Below are positions 9,251 through 15,625 of a stretch of 26,450 nt of DNA, one piece after another. The translations under genes and the position numbers were made by a program. The notes beneath the pieces are model-generated. The model did not search any database and was not told the origin of the DNA. It saw nothing but the letters and a program-made list of their open reading frames with translations. How positions within the stretch are numbered: position 1 is the first letter of the stretch; every line of letters begins with the position of its first letter. This stretch comes from a virus (taxonomy: Duplodnaviria; Caudoviricetes): IMG/VR virus record IMGVR_UViG_3300044513_001450, positions 1-26,450 of that record; one strand, 5' to 3'.

Positions 9251-9919
9251 GTTATAATACTTTTCTATATCTTCAAATACCATTCCTTTTAAAATTAGTC
9301 TATGAAACTTATTACAGTTTTGTATCATAGCAGGATGGATGCTAGTTCCTAAATATTCAGCAGCTTTTTCTGCTATTGAGATATGAGAAACGATATCAGG
9401 ATGCCCATCTTCGAATGGTTTTTTTGACCATTTAGCACTTTGTATTCGATACCTTCCTTTGAAGTTATTGCTTAGTTCAGGTAGATCTACATGGTCTACA
9501 AAATCAGTCATGGACATGTGATAATGCTTTATTCCTATTTTATCACATATTGCTTTTGTTGCTAAAATATAATTTTCACTTTTTTCAGTTTCAAAATCTT
9601 CATTGTACCACTCTTTAATTTTTCTCCAAATATACTTGTTTTCTATACTCTGAGCAATATTACCATCATTGTAGGTCCAGCCGTCTTTTTTTAAGTAGTC
9701 AAATCTAAAAGGGCTGGTCCATTGAATAATAATTGCATCATACAAATGTAACTGCTGTGTTTTATACAAGTGAGATAATATATAAAAGATGCGATCGTTG
9801 CCAATACCAGCTTGGCCAAACTTATCTGCCTGAAGTATATCTGCATATGTGGGCCAGATGTAATTAGTAAAACTACATCCGATAGCTGCAAGTTTTAACC
9901 TTTGCGCCAAATAGTCCAT
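9215..9919 (-). CDS. SGNH/GDSL-like hydrolase or acyltransferase-fold protein
   Basis: Block I AAIGCSFT, block II GQAGIGNDRI, IIQWTSPFRFD and C-terminal DGHP...H. Confidence 0.65.
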   Translation of the reverse strand: MDYLAQRLKLAAIGCSFTNYIWPTYADILQADKFGQAGIGNDRIFYILSHLYKTQQLHLYDAIIIQWTSPFRFDYLKKDGWTYNDGNIAQSIENKYIWRKIKEWYNEDFETEKSENYILATKAICDKIGIKHYHMSMTDFVDHVDLPELSNNFKGRYRIQSAKWSKKPFEDGHPDIVSHISIAEKAAEYLGTSIHPAMIQNCNKFHRLILKGMVFEDIEKYYNLYFPNRHITAC

Positions 9920-10059
9920 GCTCCGTATGCAATAGCACCATAAGCAATAAGTTTTGTTAATGGCGAAAAGATAATAATAGCTGCACCTGCTGCTACCATT
10001 AATACTCCGTCAACGGTTGACCGCTCCCGCAATCGTGTTTCTATCCAGTTTTTGATCAT
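9895..10059 (-). CDS. Small membrane protein, 54 aa (missing from the ORF track)
   Basis: Hand translation MIKNWIETRLRERSTVDGVLMVAAGAAIIIFSPLTKLIAYGAIAYGAWTIWRKG*. AGGAG SD 8 nt upstream; two short hydrophobic segments. Confidence 0.7.
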   Translation of the reverse strand: MIKNWIETRLRERSTVDGVLMVAAGAAIIIFSPLTKLIAYGAIAYGAWTIWRKG

Positions 10060-10303
10060 TTGATAATCTCCTAATACGTTTATCTTGTTCTTTTAGTTGC
10101 TGTTCTAATCTACTTAACTTTTCTTCGAGTGCAAAAACATATGCCTGAGTTGGTATTTGTTTTTCCATACCATCTTCGTCTAGCATAGTGAAACTGTTTA
10201 CACCAGCACCTTTGAGACCACCTAATACTCTATTAGGGTTTTTAAGCGGCGATTGGACTTGTGCTTGCTTCCGTGCATACATTGCGTGTATAAAGTTGCT
10301 CAT
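10010..10303 (-). CDS. Hypothetical protein with C-terminal coiled coil (97 aa)
   Basis: Start reassigned to ATG 10303 (MSNFIHAMY) with GGAGG at 10310-10314 and TAAATA at 10321-10326. Heptad-like ALEEKLSRLEQQLKEQDKRIRRL. Confidence 0.7.
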   Translation of the reverse strand: MSNFIHAMYARKQAQVQSPLKNPNRVLGGLKGAGVNSFTMLDEDGMEKQIPTQAYVFALEEKLSRLEQQLKEQDKRIRRLSNDQKLDRNTIAGAVNR

Positions 10304-11360
10304 TTTTATCCTCCATGCTGTATTTACCGGCAAACAGATCCTTGTTTATAAAATGTCTTTGCAACAACTGACTACTAGCCAAATTCTTGCACTTTGCTTC
10401 TACCATGATGTCGGCCCATTCCCAATGTGATAAGGCCCAATCGTTGACTGCATCATTCCACAAGTAATCACTGTGTGCTCTTAGTTTTCCTTTTTTGAAG
10501 CCTTGTTCCTCAAGCGCCGCAAAGTCCGGTCTTTGTGTTGCTGAGTGACTGGAAAGAAGATCTTCTCTACTGCAACTATAATGCATAGCAGGACGAACAC
10601 CACGCCAACTAGCCACAACACGTTTGATTCTATCATCATTGGGTTCAATATATTCTCCTTCTCGACACCAATGGTGATGGATGTCTAGCACCAGAGCGAG
10701 ATCGTTTGCAAGCTCAAGGCTGTCTCCAATTCCCCATTTGTTTTCGTCGTTTTCGATTGTAATAGTGTTTCTTGCCTCCGGTGAGAGACGTTTAAGCGCG
10801 GCTTTGATACCGGCTGGACCTTTGCGGCCTGAGATGTGTACGTTGCACTTGAAGTCTTGAAACTGCTTGCCGTAGCCCATCCACCTAATGAGATTTGCAT
10901 GATATTCAAACTCCTCTATTGATCTTTCCACGATTTCCGGAGTGTCCGATGCGAGGACAACAAATTGTCCGGGATGCATCGAAAGTCGCACATCAAGGGC
11001 TCTTGCCGTTTCGCCAACTGCTCCGTAGTGCTTCTCGCAGTACGCCACCACGTCAGGACGCTGCCAATAATAACTCCAGTCATCATGGGTAGCACAAGGA
11101 AGCTGATTGCTACCAAGTCTAACCATTCGAAGTTCAGGAGGGAGAGATCCAACATATTCTACTAACCTTTTTGCTGCGGCTGCGTTGTGTTCCATGATGT
11201 CCCATAGCCGCTGTTCTGCAACATCACGTGTTTGTCTATTCAGCCATTGTACTGTTGTGCTGCGCTCTGTAAGCGGGCGCTGAATTTCTTCTAGTATTTT
11301 TTTCTTCTGTGTTTGATCTTCATGCAAATATTTACATGCAAATCCTATACGTTTGATCAT
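10242..11360 (-). CDS. uvsE: UV damage endonuclease (UvsE/UvdE family)
   Basis: RIGFACK, RLSMHPGQFVVLAS, NVHISG, IENDE, VLDIHHHW, MHYS, RAHSDY and DIMVEAK.K motifs of the UVDE TIM barrel. Confidence 0.93.
   Translation of the reverse strand: MIKRIGFACKYLHEDQTQKKKILEEIQRPLTERSTTVQWLNRQTRDVAEQRLWDIMEHNAAAAKRLVEYVGSLPPELRMVRLGSNQLPCATHDDWSYYWQRPDVVAYCEKHYGAVGETARALDVRLSMHPGQFVVLASDTPEIVERSIEEFEYHANLIRWMGYGKQFQDFKCNVHISGRKGPAGIKAALKRLSPEARNTITIENDENKWGIGDSLELANDLALVLDIHHHWCREGEYIEPNDDRIKRVVASWRGVRPAMHYSCSREDLLSSHSATQRPDFAALEEQGFKKGKLRAHSDYLWNDAVNDWALSHWEWADIMVEAKCKNLASSQLLQRHFINKDLFAGKYSMEDKNEQLYTRNVCTEASTSPIAA
10321..10326 (-). promoter_or_regulatory. Late-promoter-like TAAATA box
   Basis: GGTAAATACAGCATGGAGGATAAAAATG: box, then SD, then start codon. 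Confidence 0.5.
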
Positions 11361-11391
11361 TATTTGTGCCTATTCATTTGTTGTTCAAGTA

Positions 11392-11420
11392 GTTATAACA
11401 CGATTTTATTTGCATGTCAA
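11392..11420 (-). promoter_or_regulatory. Sigma70-type promoter for uvsE
   Basis: TTGACA (11415-11420), 17-nt spacer ending TGT (extended -10), TATAAC (11392-11397). Confidence 0.75.
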
Positions 11421-11423
11421 CAT

Positions 11424-11624
11424 TTAATGCTGAACACCATTGATGATATCATCAAGTGCTTTAATAGCTACTGTATAATGCAAGTTTTCACCCCATGTTT
11501 CACAATAGTCTTTGCCTGCTGCATCGGCAAGTTCTTTGCTGCTGTAAACGCCATGGAATCTATTTTGTGTCGGGTGTCCTGTATTGTATGTGTGTACAAT
11601 ATAAATGTTAGTTGTTGTGTTCAT
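11424..11624 (-). CDS. Hypothetical protein (66 aa)
   Basis: ATGA overlap with the glycosyltransferase stop places the start at 11624 (MNTTTNIYIVH...FHGVYSSKELAD). Confidence 0.65.
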   Translation of the reverse strand: MNTTTNIYIVHTYNTGHPTQNRFHGVYSSKELADAAGKDYCETWGENLHYTVAIKALDDIINGVQH

Positions 11625-12460
11625 TGCCAATGTTCCTTTACCCAACTGTCATTTGCATCTGCAGGATTTGGTTCGCCGTGAAACACTGCAATGCATGTAT
11701 CTGGATGTATTTTAGGCGGTGCATCTATTACAAAGTTACGTTTTCTTACAGGATCAAGTTTAAGATCTCTTCTGTCCCTCATTTCCCATTTGTAACTCAT
11801 TACCCATTCGTCAGGCCAGAATTGGTGATCAGTAATATGTTTGAACATCCAATCCTGATCACCACGTAGTCGTTGCATGTGTGCTTGCGGATTTAGTTTA
11901 AACTGCTGCCATAAGTTATCATATTGTCCTATGGTAACTCTAAACACACTGCTATTCATACGGTTCCAATCTTTACGTTGGCTTCTATTAAAATCTCTAC
12001 AAATATTAAATCTATTAGGCTGATATCTAAATAACTTATCTATGTTTTTAAAAACAATAACATCTAAATCTAAAAATAGTAGTGTTCCTTTTAATGGCAA
12101 ATCAGCACCAACAAACATAGGTTTATACCACCAGCCATCTGCTCTTAGTTTAGGCAATGAATAAGTTTTAATATTTTTATCTAATCCTGTTGTATTTTCT
12201 GTAAAGCATACAAACTCATATGGTATAGTAATATTTCTATCTACCATGCGGTATAGTTTGTTTACATATTCAGCATTGTACTTGGTGCCCCATTTTAAAC
12301 ATGCTACATAGTTCTTAGAAGATAATGGGGCTACATCTAGCAACCCCATTTCTTGGTCTAGTTGCGCTAGTTCAGTTAAGGCTTTTTCACGAGCCTTCCT
12401 TGCTTTGCGCACTTGTTTGGTTTCAGTCCATTGCTTTGTAGATTGCACTGTTTGCTCCAT
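11621..12460 (-). CDS. GT-A fold glycosyltransferase (GT8-like phage family)
   Basis: ACLKWGTKY..EYVNKLY, FVCFTE, GWWYKP, LFLDLDVIV (DxD), NSSVF, GDQDWM and IAVFHGEPNP. Confidence 0.8.
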   Translation of the reverse strand: MEQTVQSTKQWTETKQVRKARKAREKALTELAQLDQEMGLLDVAPLSSKNYVACLKWGTKYNAEYVNKLYRMVDRNITIPYEFVCFTENTTGLDKNIKTYSLPKLRADGWWYKPMFVGADLPLKGTLLFLDLDVIVFKNIDKLFRYQPNRFNICRDFNRSQRKDWNRMNSSVFRVTIGQYDNLWQQFKLNPQAHMQRLRGDQDWMFKHITDHQFWPDEWVMSYKWEMRDRRDLKLDPVRKRNFVIDAPPKIHPDTCIAVFHGEPNPADANDSWVKEHWQ

Positions 12461-12875
12461 GCTCCATACATTCTACACTTACACACCAACAACGTCCATC
12501 TGACAGTTCACGTACTAAGTTGTCTGCAAACTTCCAAGCGTGATATGCAAACTTCTCTGCACCAACACCATCCAGTACTGTAATCTCACACAGTCCCATG
12601 TTTTCTAGTTCTGCAAACTTGTACATGAAAGGATCTTCTCTGTCGATAACTGTCTTATGATCAAATGTATCTTCTAGCCATGCCTTCAAAGGTTTAAGTC
12701 CTCCAAAGTCTACAGCCCAGTTCTTGTTGTCTAGTTCGTCACAACCGAATGTAAATTTGAATCCTAAACTGTAACCGTGCAAGAACTTGCAATGTGAATG
12801 ATCTGCATGTGGTTGACGGAACACTGCGCTCAAGCCAATATGGTGTCCGTATGTTTTAGTTGAATAGTAAGCCAT
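12423..12875 (-). CDS. queD: 6-pyruvoyl-tetrahydropterin synthase / QueD-family T-fold protein (HGY variant)
   Basis: HSHCKFLHGY, VDFGGLK, DTFDHK, GAEKFA and terminal EHGANSAIY. AAGGAG SD upstream. Confidence 0.85.
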   Translation of the reverse strand: MAYYSTKTYGHHIGLSAVFRQPHADHSHCKFLHGYSLGFKFTFGCDELDNKNWAVDFGGLKPLKAWLEDTFDHKTVIDREDPFMYKFAELENMGLCEITVLDGVGAEKFAYHAWKFADNLVRELSDGRCWCVSVECMEHGANSAIYKAMD

Positions 12876-12883
12876 TATATTAT

Positions 12884-12945
12884 ACTCCTTTATTAATGGA
12901 GTGCGCGGAATATTTATAGTGGGTCGAACACTTAGTCCACTGTAT
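12884..12945 (-). ncRNA. Candidate cis-regulatory leader, preQ1-class-I-like riboswitch architecture
   Basis: RNA AGUGG-ACUAAGUGUUCGAC-CCACU-AUAAAUAUUCCGCGCACUCC-AUUAAUAAA-GGAGU. It has a 5-bp P1, a loop ending in AC, an A-rich tail, a possible loop/tail pairing and an anti-SD hairpin, and it lies between a sigma70 promoter and queD. Confidence 0.5.
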
Positions 12946-12950
12946 TACTT

Positions 12951-12979
12951 ATAATAATACTATTCTGTAGTCTTGTCAA
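12951..12979 (-). promoter_or_regulatory. Sigma70-type promoter for the queD-glycosyltransferase unit
   Basis: TTGACA (12974-12979), 17 nt, TATTAT (12951-12956); predicted start near 12943-12945. Confidence 0.7.
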
Positions 12980-13439
12980 CTGGATTTATTATCAAAAGTA
13001 TATTACTATAATCTGCTGTCTTCGGAACTTTAAATACCCAATGATTGCACACAAAGTCGCCATGCATAGTTACTCTATAGCGTCCTCCCTGTGCCATATC
13101 TGCAGGACGTTCCATGCTCCACATATTTGGCACTGTTTCGCCTGGTCGCACATTACGTGTATACTGCTTTGTAAATGCATCAAGGTTATGACTGTGGCTG
13201 CCGTCTTCTGCATATGCTATTCCATATATACGTGTACTGTTGCATTCATATCGTTTGTAACCCAACATATAGAATTCGATATCACTGTTTCCTGTAACAG
13301 GGTTATTTGTTATTTCAATCTTTATATCTTGGAATACATTAGCGTTTTTAAAACTCAAGTATGTTACACCAAATATAATGCATGTAGCTAAACTTAATCC
13401 GCTTATTATATTGAGTAGTATTGTTCTAGTTGGAGTCAT
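12960..13439 (-). CDS. Membrane-anchored protein with N-terminal TM helix and soluble two-Cys domain
   Basis: Hydrophobic ILLNIISGLSLATCIIFGVTYL, followed by a beta-rich domain with YECN and FVCN. Overlaps the upstream gene by 14 nt. Confidence 0.7.
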   Translation of the reverse strand: MTPTRTILLNIISGLSLATCIIFGVTYLSFKNANVFQDIKIEITNNPVTGNSDIEFYMLGYKRYECNSTRIYGIAYAEDGSHSHNLDAFTKQYTRNVRPGETVPNMWSMERPADMAQGGRYRVTMHGDFVCNHWVFKVPKTADYSNILLIINPVDKTTE

Positions 13440-13725
13440 CTCTAAACTCCTCTCTAATCTCTTTAAGATCTTGTTTGACTTCTAGTAAGTCGTTGGTTGC
13501 TGATGTCATAGTCTTAATAATGTATTTTATAGTTACTATAGTCCAAAACCACCAGGTGACAGCAGTAAACGCAAATAGTATCATTCCAATATTAAACAAT
13601 GTGTCAAAACTTGTTATGCCATAGGTGAGTGATATTGCGGCTGCAACTAAAAAAAACGTTGGGGTTGTTTTTGCATATAAGTCCCAACGTGCTACTTGTT
13701 TTTCAATTTTAGTACTTTTATTCAT
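13426..13725 (-). CDS. Small two-TM membrane protein with charged coiled-coil tail
   Basis: Hydrophobic FFLVAAAISLTYGI and IGMILFAFTAVTWWFWTIVTI, tail LLEVKQDLKEIREEFR. ATAAATA box 4 nt upstream of the ATG. Confidence 0.72.
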   Translation of the reverse strand: MNKSTKIEKQVARWDLYAKTTPTFFLVAAAISLTYGITSFDTLFNIGMILFAFTAVTWWFWTIVTIKYIIKTMTSATNDLLEVKQDLKEIREEFRDDSN

Positions 13726-13729
13726 ACAG

Positions 13730-13736
13730 TATTTAT
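13730..13736 (-). promoter_or_regulatory. Late-promoter-like ATAAATA box
   Basis: TAATAAATACTGTATG overlapping the upstream stop codon; no SD between box and ATG. Confidence 0.5.
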
Positions 13737-14932
13737 TATATGCATTTTAGAATAATAGTATCACTATTTAAACGACCATTTAGTTTAATGTCTGTGGTTT
13801 TAATATCTTCCATAAACTTACGAAGTTGTACTTTGCCTGCTTTTTTAAATGCCTTGAGTGTTTCATCAGGCTTCCGCAGTGTTTTTTGAATACTATGTTT
13901 TTCATCAAAGAACAACAATGTAGTGCCTTTGACTTGTATAGTAGTATGATCTTCTGCTACATATTTTCCTAGTTTGCGTGTTTTTGTGTTGTACACCCAA
14001 ACTTCTTTTGCATCAATCAGTTCAAGTGGATTAACACTTACTAGTTGTAGTTTTTCGTCACGCTCGAGATACTTTAACTTAGCAATCAACTTTTCTTTGC
14101 TTGGCGCTTTTTTAGTTTTAGGCTTACGTGTAGCTTTAGCAGTGTCTATAACAAGGTCACAAGCGCCGTGTAGCGTCTCTAATGCTTCCAAGTATGCTGC
14201 TGCATCCTTTTTAGTAAGGTGGCTGTATCCTTCGCGTAGCTGTAGTAGCATGTCTGCTTCGTGTTCGTCTTTAACACGATTAATTTCACCAGGTGTTGGA
14301 AGTTTTTGTATTAAGTGAGCTTCTTCTAATTCGCTTATATAGTATTTTTTAATCTTACGTGCATGTGCTTGTGTAACTTTTTTATTTAAAAAATGTTTTG
14401 TAAAGTTAAACCCCTTAGGATCAAACTTCTTTTTGTCAGTAATAAAGCCGTCAAGCCATTCTTCAATAGCTTCACATGCTTCTTGTGCTTGTTCAGAAAT
14501 ACGTTCTTGTATACTAGGAACATGCACATTCTTTTTAGTTTTTTCTTCTGCCTTCTTTTCTTGTACAACAGCTTCCCCTTCTTCAGCAAGTTCAAGAATC
14601 CATTTTCTAAGACCTTCTTCGTATTGTGTAGGCACAAGAGCAGGTTGATTTTCTAAAAGGTATGCAGCACAAGTCCAATGACTTTTTCCACCGACCTTCC
14701 AATCTGGTAACTTATTAATAGCACTAACCACTTTCTTATCGTAGTTATTTTTAATATATGTTTTAACTGTTGTCAGCCATTCTTTTGATTCTACTTCGTA
14801 ATGAGTGTAATACTTTGCTTTATTCCAAGTAAGACCTTTAGAAGGCATAAGAGGCATCATATTTGCGCCGCGGCGTACTGCTCTTACTGTTTTCTTTTTA
14901 GGTTTTGCTGCTGCTTTGTTTGCTCTTGCCAT
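13736..14932 (-). CDS. Basic hypothetical phage protein (398 aa)
   Basis: Long open frame with AAGGAG SD and a Lys/Arg-rich N-terminus. C-terminal VWVYNTKTRKL...VKGTTL...QKTLRKP...NGRLNSDTIIL, a pattern I associate with large T4-like phages; function not assignable. Confidence 0.8.
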   Translation of the reverse strand: MARANKAAAKPKKKTVRAVRRGANMMPLMPSKGLTWNKAKYYTHYEVESKEWLTTVKTYIKNNYDKKVVSAINKLPDWKVGGKSHWTCAAYLLENQPALVPTQYEEGLRKWILELAEEGEAVVQEKKAEEKTKKNVHVPSIQERISEQAQEACEAIEEWLDGFITDKKKFDPKGFNFTKHFLNKKVTQAHARKIKKYYISELEEAHLIQKLPTPGEINRVKDEHEADMLLQLREGYSHLTKKDAAAYLEALETLHGACDLVIDTAKATRKPKTKKAPSKEKLIAKLKYLERDEKLQLVSVNPLELIDAKEVWVYNTKTRKLGKYVAEDHTTIQVKGTTLLFFDEKHSIQKTLRKPDETLKAFKKAGKVQLRKFMEDIKTTDIKLNGRLNSDTIILKCI

Positions 14933-14955
14933 CTTATTCTCCTTGCTATCTGTTT

Positions 14956-14984
14956 ACTATATAGTCAAACTCCGTAATAGTCAA
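14956..14984 (-). promoter_or_regulatory. Sigma70-type promoter with internal TTGACTAT direct repeat
   Basis: TTGACT (14979-14984), 17 nt, TATAGT (14956-14961). TTGACTAT occurs at 14977-14984 and 14961-14968. Confidence 0.7.
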
Positions 14985-15177
14985 GAACTATTTCGAGTGC
15001 CTTCCTTAGTTCCGTATTGCGTTCGTAGTCATCTGGGTGACCTTTTTGATGCAGCACAAAGTTGTCCATCTCGCCCACCAGCATATTGTAATGATCTTTG
15101 AGGCTGTGAATAGCCATACGATCTACTACTTCAGAATCTAGTTCATAGGTTTTTGGAATGTCGTATTTGCGTTTCAT
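14965..15177 (-). CDS. Hypothetical protein (70 aa)
   Basis: ATGA-coupled to the upstream small ORF; helical, ends ALEIVLDYYGV. Confidence 0.7.
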   Translation of the reverse strand: MKRKYDIPKTYELDSEVVDRMAIHSLKDHYNMLVGEMDNFVLHQKGHPDDYERNTELRKALEIVLDYYGV

Positions 15178-15329
15178 TTTTCTTGTTTCAATCTATATTG
15201 ACAATAAGCATCCCATCCATATTCATACATTGCATATGCTGCAATAAATCCTATGTATGGAATAAACGCTACATTCAACAGTAACCATGAAAAGATAACT
15301 GCGATTACTATGTCATACGTTCTAATCAT
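15174..15329 (-). CDS. Small membrane protein, 51 aa (missing from the ORF track)
   Basis: Hand translation MIRTYDIVIAVIFSWLLLNVAFIPYIGFIAAYAMYEYGWDAYCQYRLKQEK*. ATGA overlaps at both ends fill the gap exactly. Confidence 0.75.
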   Translation of the reverse strand: MIRTYDIVIAVIFSWLLLNVAFIPYIGFIAAYAMYEYGWDAYCQYRLKQEK

Positions 15330-15625
15330 TTTGAGTCTTTCAATATATCAAATGTTTTATACTTTGCAAGTTGCGCTTCGTACTCGTCTTTGATTTCTTT
15401 TAGCTTAGGATACTTGGCTTCCATATCCACGTCACGTTTGATTAACAGTAGTGCATCACGCATCTCGTCAAGTTCTGCTAGAACATCTCTACCTTGAACA
15501 ACAAGAGGAATATCAACCTGCATTGTCTTTGCCTGCACGATGTCAATCTCATTAAGGTCTATAGTGTTACTACTCAGTACCGATCCGGATAAAAACTGTT
15601 CAACTGGTGATGCCCAAGAAGTCAT
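15326..15625 (-). CDS. Hypothetical protein (99 aa)
   Basis: TAATG-coupled to the ligase stop; C-terminal MEAKYPKLKEIKDEYEAQLAKYKTFDILK helix. Confidence 0.72.
   Translation of the reverse strand: MTSWASPVEQFLSGSVLSSNTIDLNEIDIVQAKTMQVDIPLVVQGRDVLAELDEMRDALLLIKRDVDMEAKYPKLKEIKDEYEAQLAKYKTFDILKDSK

Noticed and set aside
12884-12902. ACUCC/GGAGU hairpin as an intrinsic terminator
   Set aside because: Only 5 bp with no U-tract, and its 3' arm is the queD Shine-Dalgarno, so RBS sequestration fits better.
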